A stretch of DNA of 64,000 nt from Terriglobia bacterium (GCA_965206645.1 CBDBKE010000003.1:204425-268424); one strand, 5' to 3'; positions 1 to 10,144 are shown, numbered from the stretch's first letter. Made by a program: numbers and translations. Notes: generated by a model from the letters alone, not told the origin.

Positions 1-1
1 C

Positions 2-961
2 GACGGAACCTTCACCGATGTCACCCGGCAGGTCGGCGTTGAGGACTCGGGCGCCTTTCAGGGCTTCACGGTGGTTTTTGAGGATTTTAACCAGGACGGG
101 CGACTGGACATTTTTGTGGCCAACGACTCGGTCCCGAATTATCTGTATTTGAACCAGGGAAACGGCACTTTCCGGGAATCGGCCCTGGCAGCCGGTGTCG
201 CGGTGGATGGGGACGGCGCAACCCAAGCGGACATGGGTGTGGCCGTTGGCGACTACGACAGCGACGGCAAAGTGGACCTGCTGACAACCACCTTCGAGGA
301 CGGTTACTTTCCGCTGTTCAAACAAGGTCCGGCCGGCTTTTTCCTAGACGTTTCGTACCGGGTGGGGCTCACCATACCGACGACTCCCCTTCTCGGCTGG
401 GGATGCGGCTTTTCCGACCTGGATAACGATGGAGACAAGGATCTGTGGCTGGCCAGTGGGCATATCTATCCCGGGATCGAGCGTGTCTCCCATACCAGCT
501 ACTCCCAGCCATTTCTCGTGTTTGAAAACCGCGCGGACAAGTTTGTCCAGGTCTTCAGTTTTCCTTCCAAGCTCGAGCACTCCCTCCGTGGCGCCAGTGC
601 CGGGGACTTCGATAACGATGGGAAGACAGATATCGTGCTGCTACCCGTCAGCGGCTCACCGGTCCTGCTGACAAATCGCACCGCCGGCGGATCCTCCTGG
701 ATCGGCTTCACGCTCAAAGGCAGGCAAAGCAACGGAGAAGCCATCGGTGCGCGCATTCGCCTGGAAGCATGCGGGCAGGTCCAATACGACTCGGTGCGCA
801 ATGCAACCGGCTACCTTTCCCGCGACGACCCCCGGCCCCGGTTTGGCCTCGGCGGCTGCACCAAAATTAGCAAGGTGGTCATTACCTGGCCGCGCGGCCA
901 GGTTCAGGTGCTGACCGATCTGCCGGTCAACCGATATATCAGCCTGGAAGAACCACACTGA
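2..961 (+). CDS. FG-GAP/VCBS-repeat protein with ASPIC/UnbV-like C-terminal domain (CRTAC1-like), 5' partial at window edge
   Basis: The frame is open from nt 2. It has repeated Asp-rich calcium-binding motifs (FNQDGRLDIFVAN, DYDSDGKVDL, DLDNDGDKDL, DFDNDGKTDIV) and a C-terminal UnbV-like segment. Confidence 0.7.
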   Translation, partial: DGTFTDVTRQVGVEDSGAFQGFTVVFEDFNQDGRLDIFVANDSVPNYLYLNQGNGTFRESALAAGVAVDGDGATQADMGVAVGDYDSDGKVDLLTTTFEDGYFPLFKQGPAGFFLDVSYRVGLTIPTTPLLGWGCGFSDLDNDGDKDLWLASGHIYPGIERVSHTSYSQPFLVFENRADKFVQVFSFPSKLEHSLRGASAGDFDNDGKTDIVLLPVSGSPVLLTNRTAGGSSWIGFTLKGRQSNGEAIGARIRLEACGQVQYDSVRNATGYLSRDDPRPRFGLGGCTKISKVVITWPRGQVQVLTDLPVNRYISLEEPH

Positions 962-1067
962 TTTTCCTACCCGCACGCTCCCTGCGCGTGCAGCGCAGCG
1001 GTTGGCGCGCCTCGACTCCGGCCCATAGCTGCTTCATGCCTCGAAATCATGGAGATTCCAGTATCTC

Positions 1068-2072
1068 GTGGTGTACACTCACTCCGATTCTTCGCAGGAA
1101 AACACTTTGAAAATCTTTCTCACTGGCGGGACCGGTCTCGTGGGTAGCAACGTCCTCAAAGTGGCGCGCGAAAAGTCCGATGTGGAGATGATTGCATCTC
1201 TGTTCCAGCGCCGGCCGGAAGTCGACTGGGGTTGCGAGACAGTCCAAATGGACCTGGAAGACTTCACCTCAATCCGCAAAGCCGTCGAGGCTCACAAACC
1301 GGATGCTGTGATCCACTGCGCCCAACCCCGAGATGAGGCCGGAATGGAGGTTGACCATGAGTGGAACTGGGCGCTATTGGTCACAGCCACTCGTGTCTTG
1401 GCTGAGGTCTGCCGCGATGTGGACGCCAAGCTCATATTTGTCTCGAGCGATTGGATCTTTGGAAATGGCGGCAAGCCGCCCTACAGCGAGGAAAGCGCAC
1501 CCTGTCCGGCCTCCTACTTTGGCCTGTTGAAGGTGGTCGGCGAGACGGTTGTGTCGACCGTATGCCCGAACTACGCCATTGCGCGCACCTCGGGGGTCTA
1601 CGGACCGATCTGGTCGTATCCCAACTACGAGCCCGCAGAAGAGGGATCCGGTTTCGGCTGGCTGCCCAACTACTATGTCTCTCGCTTGAGGCGAGGCGAA
1701 CCGGTTGCGGCCTGGACCGACCACATCAACGTGTGGGCGAACCCATCCTTGGCAAGCGACGTTGCGGATGCCTTCTTAACGATCGCGCACCAGGACCAAC
1801 GTGGTACTTTCCATTGTTGTGGTCGGGAAGGAGCCAGCCGGCTAGAGCTGGCCCAGGCGGTTGCCGACGTGTTTGGTTACGATCAGGAAATGGTGCGAGC
1901 AGCCTCTTCCGCGGAAATGGACATCAGGAACATGGCGGGGCCTCCGGCTCCGCGAGACTGCAGAGTAACCGTAGAGAGCACCGAAGCTCGGCTCCGACGC
2001 GCGAACCTGGGATTCCGCGAGGGACTCAAGCAATACCGGCGCCAACTAGAGGAGATCGGAACATTAAGCTGA
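1068..2072 (+). CDS. SDR-family NAD(P)-dependent sugar nucleotide reductase, dTDP-4-dehydrorhamnose reductase (RmlD)-like
   Basis: Rossmann motif GGTGLVGSN and a YxxxKxxGE catalytic motif (YFGLLKVVGE). The exact start is uncertain: GTG at 1068 or TTG near 1104. Confidence 0.7.
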   Translation: MVYTHSDSSQENTLKIFLTGGTGLVGSNVLKVAREKSDVEMIASLFQRRPEVDWGCETVQMDLEDFTSIRKAVEAHKPDAVIHCAQPRDEAGMEVDHEWNWALLVTATRVLAEVCRDVDAKLIFVSSDWIFGNGGKPPYSEESAPCPASYFGLLKVVGETVVSTVCPNYAIARTSGVYGPIWSYPNYEPAEEGSGFGWLPNYYVSRLRRGEPVAAWTDHINVWANPSLASDVADAFLTIAHQDQRGTFHCCGREGASRLELAQAVADVFGYDQEMVRAASSAEMDIRNMAGPPAPRDCRVTVESTEARLRRANLGFREGLKQYRRQLEEIGTLS

Positions 2073-2134
2073 CAGACGCTGAGGTCTTCGGCGGCCTGCT
2101 AAGTTAAAGCTAGACGAATGGAGACAAGCTAACC

Positions 2135-3424
2135 ATGGAAGGTAAATTGGCAATCCACGGCGGCAAGCCTACCGTCCCAGAAGCGCTGAAGAAAAGATGG
2201 CCCCATATCACCCAGGAGGACAAAGACGCAGTTCTGGGTGTCCTGGAACGCAACGTCTTCACCGGCGAGGAGCATGGGCCTGAGGCGGCGGCTCTGGAGC
2301 GAGAATGGGCCGAGTTCACCGGAAGCAAACACGCCATGGCTTTCAATACCGGCACGGCATCTATCCATACGGCGCTATTCGCCGCTGGCGTACGCCCAGG
2401 GGATGAGGTCATCACCACCGCCTTCTCTTTCGGCGGAACATTCCAACCTATTCTCCAGCAACACGCGATCCCCATCTTTGTGGATATCGACCCTCGCACC
2501 TACAACATCGACGCGAGCCAGGTGGAGAGCAAGATTACTGACAAGACGAAGGTGCTACTGCCGGTCCACATGCACGGGCTCCCCGCGGATATGGACGAAA
2601 TCCTGGCGCTGGCTAAGAAGCACAACCTCATCGTGGTCGAGGACGCCTGCCAGGCTCACGGGGCTACCTACAAAGGGCGGATGGCCGGGACTATTGGCGA
2701 TATTGGCTGCTTCAGCCTCAACGCAAGTAAGAACCTCCCCGCAGGTGAGGGTGGACTGTCCACTACACAGAAGGAGGAATTCGTCCAGCGGGGAAAGTTG
2801 CTCCGCACGTTTGGCGAGAAAGTGGGAGGGGAAAAAGAAAAATATCGTCCTTACTACTGCCACAGCATCGGCTGGAACTACCGCTGCCAGGAGATGCCGG
2901 CTGCCTTGGTGCGCAGCCAGTTGAAGCGGTTGCCACACTATAACGCCATGGCCCAGCGCAACGGGCAGTACTTGACCGAGGAACTGAGCAAGATCAAGGG
3001 GCTGATCCCGCCACACGTCCCCGCCGACCGCACGACCGTGTACCACAAGTATCGGATCCGCTTCGACACCAAGGTTCTGGGTCTGAGCATGCCGGCTGTC
3101 GAATTTCGAGACAAGCTGCTGGACGCCCTGCGCGCGGAGGGAATGGCTGCCAACCTCTGGCACTACAAGCCGCTGCCCAGCTATCCCATCTTCCAAAAAC
3201 TCGATGTGGGACTGGGTGACGGTTATCCTTGGAGCTCTCCTCTCTACGGAAGGAAGATCAGCTACAAGCCGGAGGAATATCCACAGGCAACCGAGCTCTT
3301 GAACATGTCTCTGGTCGTGAATGATGAGCGGAATCCCATCTTTGTCCAAGATATGGAGTTAATGGAGCACTACGTAGCTGCTTTCCGCAAAGTCTTTGAG
3401 AACTTGGATGAGGTGGTGGCCTGA
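2135..3424 (+). CDS. DegT/DnrJ/EryC1/StrS-family PLP-dependent sugar aminotransferase
   Basis: Family-typical N-terminus with a conserved PLP-lysine region (FSLNASKNL). It has a GAGG-like RBS and ATG at 2135. Confidence 0.85.
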   Translation: MEGKLAIHGGKPTVPEALKKRWPHITQEDKDAVLGVLERNVFTGEEHGPEAAALEREWAEFTGSKHAMAFNTGTASIHTALFAAGVRPGDEVITTAFSFGGTFQPILQQHAIPIFVDIDPRTYNIDASQVESKITDKTKVLLPVHMHGLPADMDEILALAKKHNLIVVEDACQAHGATYKGRMAGTIGDIGCFSLNASKNLPAGEGGLSTTQKEEFVQRGKLLRTFGEKVGGEKEKYRPYYCHSIGWNYRCQEMPAALVRSQLKRLPHYNAMAQRNGQYLTEELSKIKGLIPPHVPADRTTVYHKYRIRFDTKVLGLSMPAVEFRDKLLDALRAEGMAANLWHYKPLPSYPIFQKLDVGLGDGYPWSSPLYGRKISYKPEEYPQATELLNMSLVVNDERNPIFVQDMELMEHYVAAFRKVFENLDEVVA

Positions 3425-3498
3425 CTTCCCGATAAGGCCATCTTCCTGTCTATCGTAAGCTCGAGTGCAAGGCTCGCTTCGAGTGGTAATATGGAGAC

Positions 3499-3885
3499 AT
3501 GGGACCCAAATTCGCTTCGACGCTGGGTATGCTGCTGCTGGTGCTGGCTGCCGGAGCTGCGGCCCACGAAAAACATGCAAAGAAAAACGCCGCAGCGGAG
3601 CAGACGATCACCGGCGAGGTCATTGATACCTCCTGCTACCTCCAGCACGGCAACAGTACCGGCGAACCGCATCGCGCCTGCGCATTGGAATGCGCCAGGC
3701 AGGGCGTACCGTTGGGGCTGCTGACCTCTTCCGGAACCATCTATCTCCCGATCGCCATGACTCACAAGGATGCCTATAACAAGCCTCTGCTGCCTTACGC
3801 CGGCAGGAAGGTCCGCGTCAAAGGACGCGTGCTCATCAAAGGAGGTTTTCGCGGCATCGTAATCAAGTCGGTCGATCCGCTATAG
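3499..3885 (+). CDS. hypothetical exported protein (signal peptide, 4 Cys)
   Basis: The N-terminus is hydrophobic and ends in AAGAAAHE. The RBS GGAGAC precedes the ATG. I recognise no family. Confidence 0.5.
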   Translation: MGPKFASTLGMLLLVLAAGAAAHEKHAKKNAAAEQTITGEVIDTSCYLQHGNSTGEPHRACALECARQGVPLGLLTSSGTIYLPIAMTHKDAYNKPLLPYAGRKVRVKGRVLIKGGFRGIVIKSVDPL

Positions 3886-3902
3886 CAGGCTTCTGGAAAA
3901 CT

Positions 3903-3956
3903 CCATCCAGGCTTGCCAGGCCATCCAGACTTTGCCAACCATCCAGAATTTGCAGG
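3903..3956. repeat. three tandem 18-bp direct repeats CCATCCAG(R)(M)TTTGCC(A/R)
   Basis: Read directly: ccatccaggcttgccagg / ccatccagactttgccaa / ccatccagaatttgcagg. They sit immediately upstream of the nucleoside hydrolase start. Confidence 0.8.
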
Positions 3957-3969
3957 ATAAGATGGGCCC

Positions 3970-4959
3970 GTGAGGAAAGTCCTGCTGGACGTAGACACGG
4001 GGGTGGACGATGCGCTGGCGTTAATCTTCGCGCTACGCTCGCCGGAGCTGGACGTGCGGGCGATCACCACGGTGGCCGGCAACACTGCGGTGGACAGCGT
4101 GCTGCGCAACACGCTGTTGCTGCTGGACGTGCTCCAAGCCCCCGCTATCCCGGTGGCGCGAGGCGCCGATCGGCCGTTACTTCGACCACTGGTCACCGCC
4201 GGAGACGTGCATGGCGCCGACGGATTCGGCAACGCCACTACGGTCTATCCGCCGCCGCGCCGCGGCCCGTGTGACCAGGACGCGACTGAATTGATCCTCT
4301 CCACCATCGCTGCCGAACGCGAGCATCTCACCCTGGTGGCCACCGGGCCGCTTACCAACCTCGCGCGCGCCCTGGAGGCCGACCCGGCCACCTTTCGCTT
4401 GCTGGGAAAACTGGTGGTGATGGGCGGGGCTTTCCGCACCGCAGGCAACACCGGCCCGGTAGCCGAGTTCAACTTCTTTTGCGATCCGGATGCCGCCCGA
4501 GCGGTGTTCCAAGCGGGGCTGCAAGTGACCCTGGTGCCCCTCGACGTCAGCGAACGCGCCGTGTTGCCGCGCGCCTCTCTGCGCACGCTCAGTCAGCGGC
4601 GCGACTCTTCGGTCTTCCAGTTTGTCCGCGAATTCACCGTGCTGTGGTTTGACTACCATCGGGAAGTCGCCGGGCTGGACGGCGGCCACCTGCACGACCC
4701 TCTGGCGGTGGCCGCAGCCGCTCTCCCTGACCTGCTCCGTACCGTCCACACTCGCGTCAGCGTGGAGACGGCTGGCGAGTTCACCGCGGGCATGACGGTG
4801 GCCGACTTGCGCGGGCGCAAACCGGGGCCGGAGATGCTGGCGCGCTTCGGCGGCGAGGCGGCTCAGGGCGGACCCTACGGGCCTCCGAATGCCCACGTAG
4901 CTATGGACGCCGACGTTCCGCGCTTCCTCGATTTGTTCTACGAGCGCGTCTGCCGCTAA
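3970..4959 (+). CDS. inosine-uridine preferring nucleoside hydrolase family protein
   Basis: N-terminal aspartate cluster DVDTGVDDALAL characteristic of IUNH. GTG start. Confidence 0.85.
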   Translation: MRKVLLDVDTGVDDALALIFALRSPELDVRAITTVAGNTAVDSVLRNTLLLLDVLQAPAIPVARGADRPLLRPLVTAGDVHGADGFGNATTVYPPPRRGPCDQDATELILSTIAAEREHLTLVATGPLTNLARALEADPATFRLLGKLVVMGGAFRTAGNTGPVAEFNFFCDPDAARAVFQAGLQVTLVPLDVSERAVLPRASLRTLSQRRDSSVFQFVREFTVLWFDYHREVAGLDGGHLHDPLAVAAAALPDLLRTVHTRVSVETAGEFTAGMTVADLRGRKPGPEMLARFGGEAAQGGPYGPPNAHVAMDADVPRFLDLFYERVCR

Positions 4960-4996
4960 TCCAAGCCGTGGGGAACACAGGGTCTGGGATTCAGAT

Positions 4997-7171
4997 TCAG
5001 TTCGTGCCTTTACCCTTCTTACCTGTGGTCACCGTGGTTTGCTTACCGGGACTAAGTTGCCAGAGGAGAAAGCCCAGCTCATCGGCGATGTCTTCAATGG
5101 TCTTGCTCACCGGGCGCCCGCCGGAATGGCCGGCCGTGGTCTCGTAGCGCAGCAGCACGGGCCGCTCCGAGCCAGTCGCCGACTGAAGCAGCGCCGTCAT
5201 TTTGCGGGCGTGCAGCGGATCCACGCGCGTGTCTCCATCCCCGGTAACGAACAGCACGGCCGGGTACTTCACGCCCGGCTTAACCCGGTGGTAAGGCGAG
5301 TAGGCCTGCAGGTACTGGAATTGCTCCGAGTTGTCTGAGGAGCCGTACTCGGAAACCCAGAAGCGGGCCACCAGGAACTTTTGGTAGCGCACCATGTCCA
5401 GCAGCGGATAGCCGCACACCACGGCCTGGAACAGCTCTGGGCGCTGGGTGAGCGCCGCGCCCACCAGCAGCCCGCCGTTGCTGCGGCCGCCGATGGCCAG
5501 CCTCGACGGCCGCGTGTAGCCGTTGCGGATCAGCCACTCGGCGGCAGCGATGAAGTCGTCGAACACGTTCTGCTTCTTCTCGAGCATCCCCGCCTTATGC
5601 CATTGCTCGCCAAATTCACCGCCCCCGCGCAGGTTGGGCAATGCGTAGACGCCTCCATTCTCGGCCCACAGGACGGCGCTGGCGGAGAACCTCGGGGTAC
5701 GGCTGATGTTGAACCCCCCGTAGCCGGTCAGCAATGTTGGATTCGACCCGTCGGGTTTGAGCCCCTTGGCGTGCAACAGAAACATCGGCACCCAGGTCTT
5801 ATCCTTGGACTGGCACCAGACCTGGCGGAGTTCCATTTTGTCGCTCTCCACCGGAACCTTGAGGCGCGCCCAGACCTCGCGCCGTAGTTTGCTGACGTCG
5901 TAGCGGTAAATGGTCATAGGGATATGGAAGGAGCTGAAAGCAAAGAAGGCTTCCGGGCTTTCCCATCGGCCGCCAACCTCGCTAACGGAACCGATGGCGG
6001 GGAACGCAATGTCGGCGGTGTGCTCGCCGTCGGGCTCAAAAACTTTTACACGTGACTTGACGTTCTCCAGGTAGTTGACAAACACCTTGCCCCCGGCGAG
6101 AGAAACATTCTCAATGACCGCGTTACTTTCCGGGATGATCTCGCGCCATCTCTCCCGCGCGGGATTTTCCAGCTCAACCGCTAGAATCCGCCCCTTGGGT
6201 GCCTTCCAGTTGGTGTGCAGGAAGAGCTGTTTGCCACCGACCTCCCCCCGAAACTTAGCCTCAATATCATTGACTACCGGCACGATGGGCCCCCGTTGGG
6301 CCGTGTTCTGATAGTAAATTTCTGTCCGCAGCGCTGAGGAGCCGTGCACCACGTGAATGAGCAGGTGGCGCCCATCTTCGGAGAGAGTGGCGAAACTGAT
6401 CTTTTCCGGCCCGTACCCCTTGCCGAAAATTACCCGGTCGTCGGCCGGATCTTTCCCCATTGCGTGGTAGTAGACCCGCGGACCCTCGGCGCCGAAGCGC
6501 GTGTAATAAAAGCCGCTGTTGTCGGGCTTCAGTACAATGCCGAAATAGCGTGCCTTCGGCAGCCGGTCCGGTAAGTCTTTTCGCGTCTCTACATCGAGCA
6601 GCTTGATGGCGATCTCGTCCTCGCCGCCCTGCCGGACTCCGTATGCCAGCAGGGTCCCATCGCGAGAGACCGCCTGCAGATTCACGCTGGTTGTACGATC
6701 CGGGCTCATCGGGTGTGGGTCAATCAGCACCTGGTCTTCGCCCTTGAGCCCTTTCCTCATGTAGATGACAAACAGCTCCTGGTCGGTCAGCCGCTTGGAG
6801 AAGAAATAGCGCCCGTTTCGCTCTCGGGGCGTGCGAAAGACGTCGATCTTCAGCAGTTCGGTGAGCCGTTGCATGCGCTGCTGCCTGCCCGGCAGCGAAC
6901 GCAAGGTGGGTCGAGAGTACTCATTCTGCGCCGCAATCCAGGCGCGCGTCTCCGGGCTGTTTTGGTCTTCCAGCCAGCGGTAGGGGTCCACTAGCTCGAT
7001 TCCGTGGAGCACCTCCCGGACGTTATCCCGGCGGGTCTTGGGCGGCTTCTTGAAGTCGGCCTGCTGCCCCCAGGCCATGTAAGCGAGCAGCACCGCCACA
7101 AGCGGCAACAGCCAAAGCTCGATGCCGAGCGAGCAAGCTGGAGCGATTCTCCTTCTGGCAACCTTGAGCAT
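4997..7171 (-). CDS. prolyl oligopeptidase (peptidase S9A) with N-terminal signal/anchor
   Basis: N-terminal beta-propeller region followed by an alpha/beta hydrolase with the GGRSNGG nucleophile elbow. 724 aa. Confidence 0.85.
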   Translation of the reverse strand: MLKVARRRIAPACSLGIELWLLPLVAVLLAYMAWGQQADFKKPPKTRRDNVREVLHGIELVDPYRWLEDQNSPETRAWIAAQNEYSRPTLRSLPGRQQRMQRLTELLKIDVFRTPRERNGRYFFSKRLTDQELFVIYMRKGLKGEDQVLIDPHPMSPDRTTSVNLQAVSRDGTLLAYGVRQGGEDEIAIKLLDVETRKDLPDRLPKARYFGIVLKPDNSGFYYTRFGAEGPRVYYHAMGKDPADDRVIFGKGYGPEKISFATLSEDGRHLLIHVVHGSSALRTEIYYQNTAQRGPIVPVVNDIEAKFRGEVGGKQLFLHTNWKAPKGRILAVELENPARERWREIIPESNAVIENVSLAGGKVFVNYLENVKSRVKVFEPDGEHTADIAFPAIGSVSEVGGRWESPEAFFAFSSFHIPMTIYRYDVSKLRREVWARLKVPVESDKMELRQVWCQSKDKTWVPMFLLHAKGLKPDGSNPTLLTGYGGFNISRTPRFSASAVLWAENGGVYALPNLRGGGEFGEQWHKAGMLEKKQNVFDDFIAAAEWLIRNGYTRPSRLAIGGRSNGGLLVGAALTQRPELFQAVVCGYPLLDMVRYQKFLVARFWVSEYGSSDNSEQFQYLQAYSPYHRVKPGVKYPAVLFVTGDGDTRVDPLHARKMTALLQSATGSERPVLLRYETTAGHSGGRPVSKTIEDIADELGFLLWQLSPGKQTTVTTGKKGKGTN

Positions 7172-7379
7172 TTCGACTCCGGTTTGGAACGTTTGGTCGG
7201 CAAGTAGAGCCTAACAGGCCGTCGGGAAATCGGCTACCTTGTCATTCCGGGCGAAGCAAGGAATCTGCTCTCGACCTTGGTTGCTTTCTGGCAAGCGGAT
7301 TCCTCAGGGTGACCTGCCTGGCGATTTCCGGACCAGCTGAAGCCTGAGAGAATGGCGCCCTCGGAGAAACGAGGGAGCC

Positions 7380-7643
7380 ATGAAGAAGACCCGGTTTACC
7401 GAAGAGCAGATGGTGACGATCCTCCGCGAGGCCGATCAGCGGCCCGTTCCGGAGGTGGCCAAAAAGAACGGCGTCAGCGCCCAGACGCTCTACGCCTGGC
7501 GGAAACACTTCGGCACGTTGGAGCCCGCCGATGTGAAGCGGCTGCGGCAGCTCGAGCAGGAGAACGGCCGGCTGAAAAAGATGGTGGCCGATCGAGATCT
7601 GGAGATCGACGTGCTCAAGGAGATCACCCGAAAAAAATGGTAG
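7380..7643 (+). CDS. IS3-family transposase OrfA (HTH and leucine zipper)
   Basis: MKKTRFTEEQMVTILREADQ... is a typical IS3 OrfA. It ends just after the A-run. Confidence 0.85.
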   Translation: MKKTRFTEEQMVTILREADQRPVPEVAKKNGVSAQTLYAWRKHFGTLEPADVKRLRQLEQENGRLKKMVADRDLEIDVLKEITRKKW

Positions 7644-8560
7644 GCGCACGCGTGCGCCGGCCGCAGGTCGCGTATGCACGTGCACGCGGTCTGTCGGGTC
7701 GCCGCGCGTGCGCCTTGCTCTCCGTCGCACGGTCCACGCTGGGCTACCAGTCGCGGCTGGTCGACCGGGATGCCCCGGCGCTGGCCGCGATGCGTCGTCT
7801 GGCGGCGCAGTATCCGCGGTACGGCTATCGCCGGATTCGGATTTTCCTAAAACGCGAAGGGCACACGATGAGCACGGACCGGACCCATCGCCTCTGGCGC
7901 CAGGCGGGGTTGCAGGTGCCTCGGCGGCGGCCGCGGCGCCGGGTCGCCCTGAGCCGGCCCCGCCCGGTGCCCGCCACTGCGGTCAATCACGTCTGGGCGT
8001 ACGACTTCGTGTTCGACACCTGCGCGAATGGGCAGACGCTCAAGTGCCTCACCGTCGTCGACGAATGGACCCGCGAGTCACTCGCGATCGACGTGGCCGG
8101 CGGCATTCGGTCCGGGCGCGTTATCGAGGTGCTCACGCAGCTCGTGAGCGTCCACGGAGCCCCACGTTACCTCCGGTCCGACAACGGCCCCGAGTTTGTT
8201 GCGGGTGCGATTCTCCGGTGGCTGCTCCAGGCGCAGATCGAAACCGCGCTCATCGAGCCGGGCAAGCCGTGGCAGAATGCGACCGACGAATCGTTCAACG
8301 GGAAGTTCCGCGACGAGTATCTGAGCCTGCAGTGGTTTCGGAACCGCGTGGACGCGAAGGTGGGGATCGAGCAATGGCGACGGCACTACAACGACGTGCG
8401 ACCGCACTCGAGCCTTGGCTATCTGACGCCAGCCGAGTTCAAAGCGCAGCTCCGTGCTGGCTCGGATGACGGTGGGCGCTCGCCGGCGATGCCGGCTCAC
8501 GCTGACCAAGAAGAACACGAGAGCGACTTAACCATGCCGACTGGCGCTGTTCTCCAGTAA
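7631..8560 (+). CDS. IS3-family transposase OrfB (DDE integrase core), made as an OrfAB fusion by programmed -1 frameshift
   Basis: Slippery heptamer A_AAA_AAA at 7631-7637. The -1 frame continues KKMVGARVRR... with an rve-type integrase core (WAYDFVF, LRSDNGPEF). Confidence 0.8.
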   Translation, partial: KKMVGARVRRPQVAYARARGLSGRRACALLSVARSTLGYQSRLVDRDAPALAAMRRLAAQYPRYGYRRIRIFLKREGHTMSTDRTHRLWRQAGLQVPRRRPRRRVALSRPRPVPATAVNHVWAYDFVFDTCANGQTLKCLTVVDEWTRESLAIDVAGGIRSGRVIEVLTQLVSVHGAPRYLRSDNGPEFVAGAILRWLLQAQIETALIEPGKPWQNATDESFNGKFRDEYLSLQWFRNRVDAKVGIEQWRRHYNDVRPHSSLGYLTPAEFKAQLRAGSDDGGRSPAMPAHADQEEHESDLTMPTGAVLQ

Positions 8561-8637
8561 TCGGTGGTCCGAAGAAAGCCGGCAGGTCAAGGGCCGACGT
8601 GGTTTGTCGGCCCGAGGAATACCACGCGGTGTTAGTC

Positions 8638-9738
8638 CTAACGCGCCATGCGGGCCATGTGCAAGGTGAGCGGGCGCGGCTTGAGCGTCTCCAGTTCATA
8701 GGTGACCGTGCCCGCCGCCTCGGTGCGCACCAGTCGGTAGACCCCGGGCTCTACCTCAATGGTCTGCCGGCCGCTGAGGTGGCGCAGAAAGGCCCGCACC
8801 TCCTTTGCAGTCGGCACTTTGTCTGGCATCCGACCGGCGCGGATCGCTTCGACCAGGTAGGACCGTAGCAGCTTGGCGCGATAGCGTTCAAATAGTGCAG
8901 GGGAGGCGAACAGATCAGCCCACACGGGCTGGCCGTTCACTGCGACCACTACCCCAACCGCCCCCGGTGGGATCTGTGGGAGGATCGCGCGGCTGCCCCC
9001 GACCAGATGATCCTGGACCGGGCGCGCCTCCATGGTCCGGGCATAGGAAGATTGGGCACGGAGGGCGCCCGCGGCTCCCGCACGCCCGGTTGTGGGCGCT
9101 GCGGCCAGTGTCTCCGCTACCGACCTGTTGGCCCGAGCGACCTCGTTCCAGACCTTCTGCTGATCGCGCGCCTCTGTCACCTCGCGCCGCAGCTTCGGGT
9201 GCGCCATGGCCTTGGAGGCGGCAAACTGGGCCGACAAGCCATGCCAGCGGCCCGGTTCTACGCAAAAGACACTGAGCGGGATCGGCTCGCTGTGGGGCGG
9301 CACGATGCGGTCCCGTCCCACCACGCGGTCCTGCTTGCCGCCGCGAACCACCTCTCCGGCCAGCAGCAGCAGCGGCCGATCGGACAGGTTCTGGATGGCC
9401 AGCCCACTCACCCGTGCGCGGTCCTGCGGGACTGGACGCTGCTGCTGGGACCGGCGCTCCAGGGGGCGCACCATGCCAGCCCCGCGCAGAGTGCCCAGCT
9501 CAGCCACCTTCACCACCCCTTTCGCCAGACCTTCGTCCAGCGTCAGGTAGAGGGAAGTCTTGGCCCGGCTTCCGTTGGAAACCGGAAAGATGGTGAGGTT
9601 GCCCTGCCGGATGGGATCATGGATCTTCAAGTCGGCAGAGTGCAACGTGGTTGGCTTATTGGCGCCGGCCACCAGAACCAGGCTTACGGTGCCCAGAACG
9701 AGACTTACGGCAAGAATTAGAGATAGAATCCGCCACAT
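8638..9738 (-). CDS. hypothetical secreted protein (N-terminal signal peptide/TM)
   Basis: 366-aa ORF with a hydrophobic N-terminus. I recognise no catalytic motif. Confidence 0.55.
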   Translation of the reverse strand: MWRILSLILAVSLVLGTVSLVLVAGANKPTTLHSADLKIHDPIRQGNLTIFPVSNGSRAKTSLYLTLDEGLAKGVVKVAELGTLRGAGMVRPLERRSQQQRPVPQDRARVSGLAIQNLSDRPLLLLAGEVVRGGKQDRVVGRDRIVPPHSEPIPLSVFCVEPGRWHGLSAQFAASKAMAHPKLRREVTEARDQQKVWNEVARANRSVAETLAAAPTTGRAGAAGALRAQSSYARTMEARPVQDHLVGGSRAILPQIPPGAVGVVVAVNGQPVWADLFASPALFERYRAKLLRSYLVEAIRAGRMPDKVPTAKEVRAFLRHLSGRQTIEVEPGVYRLVRTEAAGTVTYELETLKPRPLTLHMARMAR

Positions 9739-10114
9739 CAGTTTCTCTCCTTTGGCAGGTAGACATTAGAGTGACTTCGGCTGCACCGCCGGGAGGACCG
9801 ATCAGCCAGATGCCCTCTATCCGCTTGAACGGAATTAGCTACTGTTTCTTGCAGGATTCAATCGTTACCGCAGAGTGATGGTGGGTTTACTTCGGCTGAC
9901 CCGGCTCGGCTCTTCATAGAACCCTTGAGGAGCCCCCTCAAGGGGGTTGCTGAAAAACGCACAGAACCACCGCTGGCCAACGGTCGGCGGCTCGGTAAGT
10001 TGTTCAAGCTACAGGGCCGCGGGCCTAAGCAAGCGGGCCAGGAGGGTCCTAAGCTACGGCTTTTCAGTAGATTAGGAACATGCTGCACCGCCGGCCTGCA
10101 TTGCGGTTTTTCTC

Positions 10115-10144
10115 TTGGCGAAACCACCGTCTCCCTGGCATAAT
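10115..10144 (+). promoter_or_regulatory. candidate sigma70-type promoter (TTGGCG-18-CATAAT) for the cold-shock gene
   Basis: The hexamers lie about 135 nt upstream of the cspA-family start. This fits the long 5' UTR typical of cold-shock genes. Confidence 0.3.

Larger units (their letters stand above)
7310..8589 (+). mobile_element. IS3-family insertion sequence, about 1.28 kb
   Basis: Terminal inverted repeats TGACCTGCCTGGCGATTTCCGGACCAG (left) and CTGGTCC...GCCGGCAGGTCA (right). The flanking 4-bp direct repeat AGGG is at 7306-7309 and 8590-8593. It encodes OrfA and OrfB. Confidence 0.85.

Noticed and set aside
4177-4896. 239-aa minus-strand ORF inside the nucleoside hydrolase gene
   Set aside because: It is antisense to a gene with a clear family signature. 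It is an Arg/Ala-rich GC artefact.
7242-7730. 162-aa minus-strand ORF overlapping the IS3 left end and OrfA
   Set aside because: It lies entirely inside the IS3 element, antisense to the transposase, and has no features.
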